Below are positions 28,214 to 40,768 of a DNA stretch of 64,000 nucleotides, in pieces. The DNA is from Octopus vulgaris. Its lineage: Eukaryota. The translations under genes and the position numbers were made by a program. The notes under the pieces are model-generated. The model had not been told where the DNA came from. It did not search any database and was given only the letters and a program-made list of their open reading frames with translations. Numbering within the stretch: position 1 is the first letter of the stretch; each line of letters opens with the position of its first letter. The stretch is from NCBI GenBank assembly GCA_951406725.2, contig OX597835.1:31186001-31250000 (forward strand), given 5' to 3'.

Positions 28214-28263
28214 GTTGGCCGGTTGGCCGGTTGGCCGGTTGGCCGGTTGGCTGGTTGGCTGGT
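28214..28263. repeat. Octamer tandem repeat (GTTGGCCG/GTTGGCTG), about 6 units
   Basis: Read directly. Confidence 0.85.
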
Positions 28264-29796
28264 CAATGAGTCCAAGTGTAACCTTGTTGTATTGACTAAA
28301 CTGGACCTTACTGACCTCCAAATCATTACTTCATCCCTCATCGTAATCAAAGGAGTAAAAGGGTCACTATGTGCTCCGCAGTTTGTTAGAAATAGCAACC
28401 AATGCTGCCCCATGCTTCTTCAAATTACACGATACTGTCCCAAATTAAAAGAATGTACACTATAAATAACGTAGTCCTAGATACATATATACAGTGTCTG
28501 AAAATCACATTGAATAACGTAGTCCTAGATATATTATGACTGATGTATTCCTAGAGGTACTGTGACTGAAGAACACATTAAATGGTGTAGTCCTAGATGT
28601 GTATATATACACAGTCAAAAATTGTGAAGCATGACTGTCACCACTACTACATGAACCTGATTGCATAATTTAATGCATGAAAGTACTAGTTCAATCAGAA
28701 TGAACATTTAACATTCTATTATTTTATTTTATTATATTATATTATATTATATTATATCATTATAAGATTGTAAATAAAACGTGAAAATCAGACAAGGTTG
28801 GAATTCCTTTTATTAATATATTCTTCTATACACAATCACACACACCCGTATATATATCTATACATATATATATACGTATACGTATACTTGCGTGAGTATG
28901 TGTATGATAAGAAAGTGATGCAGATCTTGAGCGCTGTTTAGTTTAACTGCGATGGTATAGGGAATAGTTTTTAACATTGCAGAGCAACGAAGAGCAAAAA
29001 TCATAGATAGACAAACACACAAATCCTCGTTAGAGAGCGACGACTAGTAGAACCTAACTCTATGTTGGATCTACTGAAGATATAACTTGCAGAAGAGGAA
29101 AAACAAAAAATGTAACATTACTAATGTTGATTGCAATGAAAACAGCAGTAAGTGCAACAGCCGTGAAGACAAAAAAGTAAAAAGCAATTCATAATCCGCC
29201 GTCAACACCGCCGCCACCACCACTACCACCAACATCACCATCGACATCATTTGTCTTCATGAATTTTGACAGCGTCATTTGCAGCTTACGCGCAAATTCT
29301 CGGGGCCCCATTATCATAGTCTCATAGTTTCTGCTAGATATATTACACACAGAGGGTCCTCCCCGCCGACCACGAATCCTTAGCTAAAAAGCATATTACA
29401 AGATACAAGCTTTCGAAGACTAGCGTTTAAGAAAATGGTGCAGACACACACACAATATATATATATTGTGTGTAAGTTCAGCACAATTTAGATTCATGAA
29501 ACAATTGTACCGATAGATAGAATCTATTCACTGCCACCATGTACAAGAAGTACCAGCCAAATTTCACTCTAAGAACAGCCACATCTCTTTTGAAAATAAA
29601 GGATACACTGGATACTTAAGTCTTAGGTTAAGTTTAATTCTATGGTAGGTTTCAACCTGATAATGTGGCTATGCTGGATCACCGCAACTAGGACAAATAG
29701 AAAACTTCACGTATACGCTTGATATCTTTTCGCAGGAACCATATTAAAGTTCTTTGTATCGTTCGAATGTGTAGCATATGTGTATTGCCGAAGCAA

Positions 29797-29896
29797 AGTC
29801 GACCTCGGCGGAATTTGAACCCAGAACGTAACAGCAGACGAAATACGGCTACGCATTTTACCCGGCGTGCTAACGTTTCTGCCAGCTCACCGCCTT
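29797..29896 (-). mobile_element. 3'-truncated SINE family A (head only) with a 14-bp TSD
   Basis: TATTGCCGAAGCAA flanks both sides (29783-29796 and 29897-29910). Confidence 0.85.
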
Positions 29897-30334
29897 TATT
29901 GCCGAAGCAATATATGGCTAGAAAAGTGAGGTGGGGATGGGCATGGAAAGACAGCCGGGGATCAGATATGTACAACACAGAAAATAACCTCAACAATAAG
30001 AGCAACAACATGAGTGAGAAGCGAAGTCAAGAGAAGGTAAACATTATCAGGTAAAGGAAAAATTGAGCAAAGGTGTTGTAGGTGGCGCTCTTCAACGAAC
30101 GAAGTTTTCAATTTCCGCACTAAACGTAACGATTCCGTATCAATGCTAATATCGTTCACTGTTGTATATACATAAGTATATACATAAATGTGTATGTATG
30201 TATGAATGTATGTATGCATGTATGTATGTGTGTATATATATATAAATATACATATATACACATATATATATTACATACACAAACGCAGACTAATTTTCAA
30301 AGACACACAGACATACATATATACATAGTTCGAT

Positions 30335-30502
30335 AGAAACGGGAAGAGAGAGTAAGAGAAAGTTGTGGCGAAAGAGTACAACAGGGGTCGCCACCCTGCC
30401 GAAGCCTCGTGGAGCTTTTAGGTATTTTCGCTCAATAAACACATACAACGCCCGGTCTGGGGATGGAAACCACGATCGAAACCACAAGAGCATTGCGCCT
30501 CC
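30335..30502 (-). mobile_element. SINE family C, partial
   Basis: Minus strand GGAGGCGCAATG...GGTTTCCATCCCCAGACCGGGCGTTG...GAGCGAAAATACCTAAAAGCTCCACGAGG. Confidence 0.75.
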
Positions 30503-30608
30503 ACACATATATATATATACATATCTATCAACATATGCATATATATTTAAACATATATATGTGTGTGCGTATACGCATATATATATATGTATGTATATAT
30601 ACGTATAT

Positions 30609-30903
30609 ATCACGTGATCACGTGTCCGACCAGACCATCAGATGTTGCTACACATCGCTGGTTACAATGCATTCGCATTGTTTTAGCCTTCGAATGACGC
30701 CACCCCGCTGGCTAAGCGAGCAGGCCAACAGAGGAAAGAGAGAGAGAGAGAGAGAGTGGTGAAAGAGTACAGCAGGGATCACCGCCCCTTGGAACTTTTA
30801 GGTGTTTTCGCTCAATAAACACACACAACGCCCGGTCGGTGTATCGAAACCGCGATCCTACGACTGCGAGTCCCCTGCCCTAACCACTAGACCATTGCGC
30901 CTC

Positions 30904-30904
<1 letters not shown>
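30609..30904 (-). mobile_element. SINE family C, near full length
   Basis: Minus strand A-box TGGTCTAGTGG and B-box GGTTTCGATAC; tail ...CACGTGATCACGTGAT; homologous to 53936-54245. Confidence 0.85.
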
Positions 30905-30996
<92 letters not shown>

Positions 30997-31073
30997 CTAT
31001 CTACATATGCATATATATATAAACATATATATGTGTGTGCGTATACGCATATATATATGTATGTATATATACG

Positions 31074-31108
<35 letters not shown>

Positions 31109-31118
31109 GCATATATAC

Positions 31119-31169
<51 letters not shown>

Positions 31170-31746
31170 TAAATATATATGTGTGTGTTTGTGTGTATAC
31201 TAAAACGAACATGTTTTTAATGAGCCGTGCTAGAACACAAATGTCACCATACTGGGTTAAAAGCTACTTCATCACTCATTACATGGCTATACACACCATA
31301 CTCACTTAAACAACAAAAACCGCATTCATATACACTAGATATTGCACACACACACACACACGCACGCACGCACGCACACACACACACACAATTAGACCAA
31401 TTTGAAACAGTTTGAGACATTCCAACAGAGTTTTTAGTGAGATTGGTAGCCAAGCGAGAGAAAAATCAACAGAGCACATTTACGCTAAGTTGATTTATCA
31501 ATATTTTCACTTCAACCTCTTCCACCCTTCCGACGACGAAATGACGGGGGTACGTATGTGAACATGCGCACGCACACAAAAGCTCATACGCGCGTGCATA
31601 CACAGACATGCACATATACACATACAAACGCGTAGATAGACACACGCGTATAATATGCATATGTATATATATATAATTTGTCTATGAATGTGTGTATATG
31701 TACGTATGTATGTATGTAAGTGTATGTGCGCATGTATGTATATATG

Positions 31747-31800
<54 letters not shown>

Positions 31801-31838
31801 TATATAAATATGCCTATATACTTACATGTAGATACATA

Positions 31839-31908
<70 letters not shown>

Positions 31909-31938
31909 CTGGTAGACATATATATATATATATATTTA

Positions 31939-31986
<48 letters not shown>

Positions 31987-31994
31987 TAGATAGT

Positions 31995-32076
<82 letters not shown>

Positions 32077-32077
<1 letters not shown>

Positions 32078-32280
32078 AGTTAGTCCAAAGATGAAAAAAT
32101 AAAGAGAAAACAACAACGCGAGGACGTGGAAGAAGTAAAGTGTTATTGGACGCTCAGCAAAAGGCAGAAAGAAGGATTTAATATTTCGAGCGGAGCTCTT
32201 CGTCAGAAACATAAAAAAAGGAAAGATCCAAGGAAGGGAAGACGGAGGGAAAAAATGGTCAACAATACACACGCGTTCAT
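32077..32280 (-). mobile_element. Penelope-like pLTR fragment (related subfamily) with a canonical hammerhead core
   Basis: Minus strand GTTT-CTGACGA-A-GAGC-TCC-GCTC-GAAA-TATTA; flanked on both sides by (AGAT)n. Confidence 0.65.
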
Positions 32281-32341
<61 letters not shown>

Positions 32342-32728
32342 CAGATAAGATGTTTTACACAGTTTGAAGTCATTTAGGTGCAAATTTCCAAGAGTTCTTT
32401 GAGTCAAGACAGATCCAACGATTTGTAAAGACTTGAGTGAATGAGTAATTTTGTGTTTCAGAGTATCTCTGCGTGTGCGGGCGTATATCTATGCGGATGT
32501 ACGCGTGGGCGTTTTTGTAATCGTGTAATATGCCTCGTTAGTCACATGGGAGTATTCGTGCAATTGATATTAGTCATAAATCGTCGTACTCCTAATTTGA
32601 GTGTTTTAGGAACACATAATCTCCCTCAATGCGATGCTTTTCTCTTGCAAGGAACGCCACAGCGATTAGCATATATGCGTTCGAATCTGTCGGAATTTAT
32701 AAAGAATGAATAGACAATTTATCGTGTG

Positions 32729-32767
<39 letters not shown>

Positions 32768-32825
32768 ACACATACATATATACATGTGTATATATATATA
32801 TGTATGTATGTATGCACACATATAT

Positions 32826-32868
<43 letters not shown>

Positions 32869-33514
32869 TATGTATGTATATGTACATGTATATATTCATG
32901 TAGAACTTACTTACTGTGTGTACAGTGTCATCACTTTTTCATTTAAAGACATGTCTATATTAAAGATTAAACATTAATCCCGTTTATTTGATTAGTTCCG
33001 ATTTAAACTACATTTAAATAGAAAGAGGAACATTTAATCCGTTAAATGATCTAAGTTAAATCACGAATATTTTAATTAGCCTAATGCAATTATAGACAGT
33101 ATCTATAACGCTGCAATTTGAACGTCATTTAATTTAAGATTATTTTGTGGATTTAATTATTTTTTCTTCTACAAAATGGAATGTGTGCATTAATGATGGG
33201 AAATTATAAATCCGTACTGTTTTAATACTAATACTTGTAACTAATACTAGGGAGGGTAATCGAAGTTTCTCTAAATGGTATCACATATCTAAATCATTGA
33301 ATTTCTAATGATGATTAAATTATCTTGAATTTCTGTCTCTTCATTTTTTTATGGTGGTGCGTGGGCGGGCGGTGCTCTCCTCGAATTATAGAAATCATAA
33401 GGCCGATTAATCGGGTTCCATGTCGTAAATAAATGACTGAGATCACAACGTACCTCTTGAAGAGGGTGCTGGGGCGTTGCAGGTTTCAATGCCAGCCGTT
33501 TTGACGCAAGGGAA

Positions 33515-33695
33515 CAATTCGATTTCATAAAAGCCAGTACTTGACTGGTATTTTATTTTCATTGACCCCGTTCGGATAAAAGGCAAAGTTGACCTCGGTG
33601 GGATTTGAACTCAGATCATAAAAAAAGAAATAACGAATACCGTTGATAATTTTACCCGACGTGTTAACGATTCTATAAAATCCGCCGCCATTTTA
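33515..33695 (-). mobile_element. Degenerate SINE family A
   Basis: GACTGGTATTTTATTTT...GACCCCG...AGGCAAAGTTGACCTCGGTGGGATTTGAACTCAG. Confidence 0.65.
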
Positions 33696-33764
33696 AGTGC
33701 TATATAATCATACAATTCACTCAATTCCACCCGGTTCCTCTCTTAAATTCTCATGCTGATAAGT

Positions 33765-33913
33765 TTCTGTTCAACTTTCTATTTTCCAAGGACTGTGCTG
33801 GCTTCTTACAACACTAGTTCTGTTCAACTTTCTATTTGTGCTGGCTTCTTACAACACTAGTTCTGTTCAACTTTCTATTTTCCAAGGACTGTGCTGGCTT
33901 CTTACAACACTAG
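33765..33913 (+). repeat. 53-bp tandem repeat x3 (middle copy has a 10-bp deletion)
   Basis: TTCTGTTCAACTTTCTATTTTCCAAGGACTGTGCTGGCTTCTTACAACACTAG at 33765, 33818 (43 bp) and 33861. Confidence 0.9.
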
Positions 33914-33938
33914 GGCTTTCTTACTGCTTCATAAGATA

Positions 33939-34321
33939 ATAGCACTATGATCCGGCAACGCCGGGTCATAGTGCTAGTGCATGCATATACAGCTGCGTGC
34001 GCACATACACGCGGGTACTGTCCAAATCTCCGACCATTCACATACAGCTAGCTGGCATTCAATTGGAGTATCAAGTTTCGGGCATTTTGATTGGGTTTTG
34101 GATACAAAATTCACAAAAAAGTCACTTCTATTGATTTTTTTAATGGCTTTGTCGGGTGACTGGGGAAATGTAAAGATGTGAACGACCACCCTTGGACGGT
34201 TTTGAATGACCATAGAAAGTCCGAGCCCTCTAACTGAAAAATTGTGGATTTGTATAAAGGACATGCACACACACACACACACGCACGCACACACATTTTG
34301 CCGTTTATATATAGAGAGAGA
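33939..34321 (-). mobile_element. Non-autonomous Helitron, second family
   Basis: Minus strand A|TCTCTCTCTATATATAAACGGC...; terminal 37-nt hairpin TAGCACTATGA-TCCGGC-AAC-GCCGGG-TCATAGTGCTA (plus 33940-33976); the terminal CTAG has decayed to CTAT. Confidence 0.7.
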
Positions 34322-34584
34322 TGCTTTGAGTTTCTGTCATGCTCAGAAATTGAACGACCCACTAAAATATCCATGGTATACTGGCAGCAGAGTCTTCACC
34401 AAGATCTTCAGATAGACTGTAAGGCTTATGATATCACTGATCTGATCTGACGCATGAGACCAAACCATTTTGCAGATAGGAAACCCGAATCTGGATTCAA
34501 ACTAGACAACCGTTATCTCTACATTAAAAGAACATGTATTGTGATCGCTGTTTTCCTTCCATTATTTTACACCTGCAATTATTC

Positions 34585-34715
34585 TGCTGAGAGGCCTAAT
34601 TTGCCTGTTATCCTTTGGGGGCCGATAATATAGGCACCAGCTGTGTACTGAGGTCGAAATATTAGGCTAGACCCCTTCACCAAATTTTCAGGGCTTGTGC
34701 TTATAGTAAGTATTT
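34585..34715 (+). mobile_element. Degenerate SINE family A 3' half (tail variant 2)
   Basis: TTTGCCTGTTATCCTTTGGGGGCCGATAA...CAAATTTTCAGGGCTTGTGCTTATAGTA. Confidence 0.55.
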
Positions 34716-35788
34716 TTATATTTGCAATTAAATGCTCCATTCCTGTCAAACTACATCAAACTGCTAGATCGTGAGGGTTACGTTACGAGTACACTTGTCT
34801 GTGGAATACTCAAGTACTTACACGTTAATTGTCAGTGTAAGAATTTAATTGTTTGAACAACTGAATGGTCATCATCAAAACTGACGGTTTATTCAAGGAT
34901 ATTAGATAACTAAATATAAACTAAAATAACTATCAAATAACTAAAGTCAGAAACTTGCTTATCTTTCGTTTATATTTCTTTCATGCAATCAAGCATATTT
35001 CTGTCACATAACGACGTTTTATTAAGCGTCTATTGCTTTGTAAATATTTTGTTAATTTTCAGTCTAAATAATGTATCAATCTACTACCGGAACTGATAAC
35101 AACTAGTTCAATAATCGATACACAAAATCGAAGTATCAAAGTGATTGATACTGTTATGGTTTCAATGCATAAAGAAACTAAACATTGATGCTACCTTCAA
35201 AACTTCCATCTGACTCCGTTCGCAGAGATCTTAGGCTCTATACTCGTACTTTAAAAATTATCTAAAGTCCCCATACCAAACCAGTAAAGACTATCTTTTT
35301 AGAAAGAGGAACGCTTCTTTGTTCCATCATTCAGAAAATCACTTATAGGACGATTTGGCGCTGCCGTTTTGGTGCTGCTTACTTGGCGTTAATGATTCTA
35401 CGTTGATTGATTTGACACGAGACACGTTAATATTACTCTCGTTCTCACCCTTGCTCTATCCGTGCCTTACTTCCTATTTCTTTCTCTTCTCTCTGTTTTC
35501 CCCTGTGTGTGCGAATATATTACTCTGTGTATGAACATAAGGAAAAAGTACTGCCGAAAGAGGAAAAAATACCGCACGAAAAAATACTGTCGCCAAGACA
35601 GGCTGAACATTCGGCCAGCTGTGTCAAATCATCAACGTTGTAACCCTGATTTAGTTAGAAAAGAAAGCCTTGATTTCTAATATTCGTCTGGGAGCACAAA
35701 AATTTTGGAGACCACATTAAATCATATTGACCTTTGACCTTTACAAGTATTTTATCCTCTCATAATTAAACACAATACCGCAACATAT

Positions 35789-36262
35789 GTGCAGGCGTGG
35801 CTGTGTGGTAAGTAATTTGCTTCCCAAGCACATGGTTGCGGGCTCAGTTCCAGTGCATGGTACCTTGGGCAAGTGTTGTGTGCTATATCCTTAGGCAGTG
35901 GATTTGGTAGACAGAAACTAAAAGAAGTATGTATGTATGTATGTATGTATGTATGTATGTATGTATGTATGTATGTATGTATGTATGCATGCATGCATCT
36001 ATGTATGAGTGTGTGTGTGTGTGTGTGTGTGTGTTTTTGTCTGTGTTTGTGCCCAACCACTGCTTGATAACCGGTATTTGTGACTTTATGTTTCAGTAAC
36101 TTAGCGTTTCGGCAAAGAAATTGATAGAATAAGTACCAGGCTTTATGTAAAAGGAAAAAAAAAGATAAAAATGGCATAGATCCATTCAACTATAAAATAT
36201 TCTCAAGGTGGTGCCCCGGCAATACCGAAGTCTAATGAGTGAAACAAGTAAAAGATAAAAGA
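35789..36262 (+). mobile_element. Full-length SINE family B
   Basis: GCAGGCGTGGCTGTGTGGTAAG...ACCTTGGGCAAGTG..., tail GTGAAACAAGTAAAAGATAAAAGA. Confidence 0.8.
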
Positions 36263-36834
36263 TATATATTCCGAATTTCTTTAGCTTTATTTACACGTAT
36301 TACACTACACAAATATAGAGAGCAAAGCAGGACTAATGCACAAAGTATTAAGAATTCGACAAACATAAATAAAATATACAATGCAGCCTACAACTATACT
36401 GAACTTCTAATGATCATGAGATTTATTTAATAAAATAAGTAAAACATACGTGAACCATAAACTGACAAGGAAAAACTGTTGAATACAATTACTATCCTAC
36501 ATGTTTAAGTTAAGGGAAATGTTGAAAAGATGCAATTTCGAGATTTTCGCTTCATTTCACCTCGCCACAAAATATTGCTCCGTTTGCTAACTTCCTTGTT
36601 TAAAAACTAATTTAGAATCTGTTCCGACACTTGAGGTATTTCGAATTTAATTACACCGTTGTTTTCCACTAGCTACGGTTAGCATATTTAAAATAAATTA
36701 CACCTGTAGGACTTTCAGATTTTAATTACGCTGCTGCACATCACTAGCACAGGTATATGAAATTAATACGTTGTTTCTCTCTGATTTTCTCATTTTTTTA
36801 AAAACATTTCACTGCTCACTTAACGAGAAATATT

Positions 36835-37035
36835 AATTTCAAATTTGATACAAGGCCAGTAAGTTCAGGGAATAGGTAAGCTGATTACATCCACCCAGTG
36901 CTCAACCGTTACTCATTTTATCGAAAGGATGAAAGACGGGTCTACCTCGGTTGAATTTGAACTCAGAACGTAAAGACGGGCGAAATGCCGCTAAACATTT
37001 TGCCATGCGTGCTAATGATTCTGCCAGCTCAACTC
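36835..37035 (-). mobile_element. SINE family A (tail variant 2)
   Basis: GAATTTGAACTCAGAACGTAAAGAC...TTCTGCCAGCTC on the plus strand. Confidence 0.75.
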
Positions 37036-37117
37036 TTAACATAATTAGAAATATTGCTACTATAACTTAATTATAGAAGTATTTGACTTTTTAGATCACA
37101 TGTAAAATAGATTAAAA

Positions 37118-37154
<37 letters not shown>

Positions 37155-37395
37155 ACTGTGTGTGTGTGTGGCTGTGTATGTGTTAGTGCGTGCGTACACA
37201 AAATAAACATCTCTTAAATTCCACTTAGCCGCTTCCATTAATTGGTCTAATTCGAAACATATTTTATTCCAGATTTATTGTAAATGTCTGTTAGGATATT
37301 ATTTCCAGACCGGCTTTATATTATGGTTTCAAAAACATTGCAATTTTAATGTTCACGTCTTCTAAAGTGCATTATTTTCATAAATAATGACGTAT

Positions 37396-37562
37396 AGGCT
37401 CAGGCATTGCTGTATGATAAGAAGCATGTTTCCCAACGACGTGGTTCAGGGTTCAGTCCCACTGCGTGGTACTTTGGACAAGTGCCTTCTACTATAGCCT
37501 TAAGCCTACCAAAGCCTTGCGAGTGGATTTGGTTGACGGACACTGTAAAGAAGCCCATCGTA
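37396..37562 (+). mobile_element. SINE family B, 5' half
   Basis: GGGTTCAGTCCCACTGCGTGGTACTTTGGACAAGTG...GAAGCCCATCG. Confidence 0.75.
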
Positions 37563-37572
37563 TATATATATG

Positions 37573-37763
37573 TATGTTTGAAAAAAGTAAAAGAATGATT
37601 TCTCTGGTAGTTCTAATCGGTTTAATTTACTATTTTTTAATAATATAAACTTCAGTTCATAGATCTATGAACTAATATTTATATAATTAAAAAAATTAAA
37701 AAATAATTAATTTAGCTGATTAGAACAACCAGTAAAATCATTCATTTTCTTTTTTCAAATATA
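37573..37763. repeat. ~190-bp imperfect palindrome (foldback)
   Basis: Perfect 20-bp centre AGTTCATAGATCTATGAACT (37654-37673); outer arms TTTGAAAAAAG.AAA.GAATGATTT..CTGGT.GTTCTAATC pair with each other. Confidence 0.85.
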
Positions 37764-37793
37764 ACCAACTGTACCAACGATCTCACACATACA

Positions 37794-37880
<87 letters not shown>

Positions 37881-38177
37881 ATTACATAGACAAATACGGG
37901 TATGTTAAACACCATCAAACATAAATTCTTCATTTATTAAAATTATCTCCTTTTTTAAGATATGCATCAGCATTTTTAGGTGGCAGTTAAGACCGTCTCC
38001 ATATGAGAAGGTGAGTTAAGGTCAAGAATGAGGGATGAAGGATTCTCCAGAACTGACATTGCATAAAGGAAAAGGACAAATTTATCGTCTGGAGAGAGTA
38101 AGACATTCTTGAATACGTGTTTCTGACTCAACAGCCGTTGACAGCACGGCTTTATTGATAACGAAGCATCCAGCTAT

Positions 38178-38478
38178 ATGGCCTAGTGGTTAGAGCAGCG
38201 GACTCGTGGTCGAGGGATGGTGGGTTCGAATCTCAGACCGGGCGATGTGTGTGTTTATGAGCGAAACACCTAAGCTCCACGCGGCTCCAGCAGAAGGTAA
38301 TGGCGAACTTGTGCTGACTCTTTAGCCAAAACTTTCTCTCACTCTTTCCTCCTACATCTTGCAGCTCACCTACGACGGACCGGCGTCCCGTCCAGGTGGG
38401 GATCCTATACGCCAAGGAAACCGGGAAAAAACGGACCTATGAGCGATGCGTCGTGGCTCGGGAGGGACAAACAATAAC
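38178..38478 (+). mobile_element. tRNA-derived SINE family D (C-type head, E-type tail)
   Basis: A-box TGGCCTAGTGG, B-box GGTTCGAATC; tail GGACCGGCGTCCCGTCCAGG...CTATACGCCAAGGAAACCGGG. Confidence 0.8.
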
Positions 38479-38607
38479 GTTAAAAATAAGTATCCCTATC
38501 CAAGGTGAGCGAAATCATGTTTGATAGCTAAACGTTGATTCATGTAAATTCGTTTGTTGAAACATATTTCGTTGTATGTCAGGTGATCTATTTTAATTTG
38601 CAGTTCC

Positions 38608-39157
38608 ATGGTACCTTTTCATAAATTACATTATGTCATACGTGGCTATGTTCCTCTAATAACCAGAAGCAGCCAGCAACACGAGCGGTATTTCTAACAG
38701 AGTTTGTACGCCAAGTGTTCAACGTTAAATATTTGACGGACGTCAGTAATACAACGCACCGCCATTATCCAATATATGAAACTATATTTCGAGGCCTGAA
38801 TGACAGAAGATTGATGATCAAATGCTTAACATGCGCAATAAGATACAGGAAAAATCTTTGTTGAGTGCATTCCAAACAATAGCACAGCAGCTGCGTGTGA
38901 TATTACACGAAGCGAACTTTAAAACGTCGGCTGCACATCTTGACAACTGTGCGGAATCTCATGAATTATTAATAAGCATCTCTGAACAATTCATTGCTAT
39001 GGTGAAGCTTCTTGTTCGGTATACCGGCGACAGCATGATTGAAGAACACAAGACAGGGGCGGAGAATTCTTGTGATCTAAGATCAGATTACCAACAGTAT
39101 CAAGATTTAATTGTTAAGAAAGATGAAAACGAAATCAACGAAAAAAAGCAAGTTTGA
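38608..39157 (+). pseudogene. Candidate orphan gene or pseudogene: three overlapping frames, the last a 111-aa ORF (38822-39157); unknown product
   Basis: Complex, repeat-free sequence with protein-like composition; splice acceptor TTTTAATTTGCAG at 38603; ATG in CCATGG context; two -1 shifts would join the frames. No recognisable domain. Confidence 0.3.
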
Positions 39158-39221
39158 AGTAATTGACCTCATGTAAGGAGGTTAATGACTCTAGACATTA
39201 TTATTATTATTATTATTATTA

Positions 39222-39267
<46 letters not shown>

Positions 39268-39304
39268 CATTATTATTATTATTATTATTTTCATGATGAT
39301 TTCT

Positions 39305-39473
39305 AAGGCGGCGATCTGGCAGTAACGTTAGTACGCCGGGTGAAATGCTTTGCGATATTTCGTCTGTCGTTACGTTCTGAGTTCAAATTCCGCCGAGCTC
39401 GAAATTGCCTTTCAACCTTTCGGGGTCGATATACTATCACCAAATATCAGGCCTTATGCCAACAGTAGAAACG

Positions 39474-39475
<2 letters not shown>
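39305..39475 (+). mobile_element. SINE family A with an internal deletion, inside (ATT)n
   Basis: AAGGCGGCGATCTGGCAG...GAGTTCAAATTCCGCCGAG...CTTTCGGGGTCGAT. Confidence 0.8.
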
Positions 39476-39535
<60 letters not shown>

Positions 39536-39569
39536 GGTAGCAAGTGTATGTGTGTGTATGCATATACGA

Positions 39570-39680
39570 TGTATATGCTTCTTTCAGTTTCCATCTACCA
39601 AATCAACTCACAAGGTCCAAGACAATTGCGCAAGATGCCACGCAATGTGCTCGAGAAACAAACTCCTTACTACGCACACC
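39570..39680 (-). mobile_element. SINE family B fragment
   Basis: CTTCTTTCAGTTTCCATCTACCAAATCAACTCACAAGG. Confidence 0.6.
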
Positions 39681-40063
39681 CACATTTACTGGCTAGAATT
39701 TTGCACAAGTTCTGTCTACGAAGTTCACGGAAAAGACATTATGCGCGCGTGCATTAGAGTAGGAGACATTTGCCCGATGTGCCGCAGAGGAGGACTGAGA
39801 TCGAAGCCAAGATGTTTGCAAAGCTGTCTTCGGAACCACACAGCCATTCGTGCGCCGGTAGCCAACATGTGTCCGTACATAGGAAATTCATATGCATTTT
39901 TATCCATATATAAGAAGTCAGATACGGTGTCTATCACCATCTACACCATCACCATCACCACCACCACCATCGGTGCCGCCGACACCACTATCACCCACAC
40001 CACCACCACCACCACCGCCATACACAACAATAATAGGTACAACAGTAAAACATTATCATTACC

Positions 40064-40296
40064 CATTTCTTTACTACCCACAAGGGGCTAAACACAGAGA
40101 GGACAAACAAGGACAGACAAACGGATTAAGTCGATTATATCGACCCCAGTGCGTAACTGGTACTTAATTTATCGACCCCGAAAGGATGAAAGGCAAAGTC
40201 GACCTCGGCGGAATTTGAACTCAGAACGTAACGGCAGGCGAAATACAGCTACGCATATCGCCCGGCGTGCTAACGGTCCTGCCAGCTTGCCGCCTT
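40064..40296 (-). mobile_element. Full-length young SINE family A with an 18-bp TSD
   Basis: Complete head, core and tail; TAAAACATTATCATTACC at 40046-40063 and 40297-40314. Confidence 0.9.
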
Positions 40297-40319
40297 TAAA
40301 ACATTATCATTACCATTTT

Positions 40320-40737
40320 GGTTATGTACCAGCATCATCATCACAAACGCAGCCGCCACAACTATCACCATCACAATACCACCACCACCACCACCTCCAG
40401 TACTAACAAGAAAAGTCACCAGTACCAGCAGCAACAACATCATCATAACCATCAACATCACAACCATAACGACCACGACGATGAGCACCACCAACACCAA
40501 CACCACCAACATCACCTCTCCAACCGGCAGACTACCACCACCACCACCACTATCAGACCATCACCTCTACCAGACCACCACCATCACCACTAACACCACT
40601 ACCTAGGCCTCCAACGCCAATACCACCAGACCAGCAGTGGCACTACCACCACCACTACAACTACCATCGTCGTCATCACTACCACCACCACCACCACCAC
40701 CACTACCACTACCACTACCACCATCGTCCTCACCAAC

Positions 40738-40768
<31 letters not shown>

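Noticed and set aside
30074-30090. Second CTCF-like motif (TGTTGTAGGTGGCGCTC)
   Set aside because: Only the 3' half matches; the conserved CC at the 5' side of the core is missing.
35345-35630. Possible old MITE with TTGGCGC-type subterminal repeats
   Set aside because: Too degenerate to define TIRs or a TSD by eye.
38178-38250. tRNA-like sequences (also at 53936, 30830-30904 and 45020-45084)
   Set aside because: A and B boxes are present, but they continue into SINE bodies and lack a convincing full cloverleaf; they are SINE heads, not tRNA genes.
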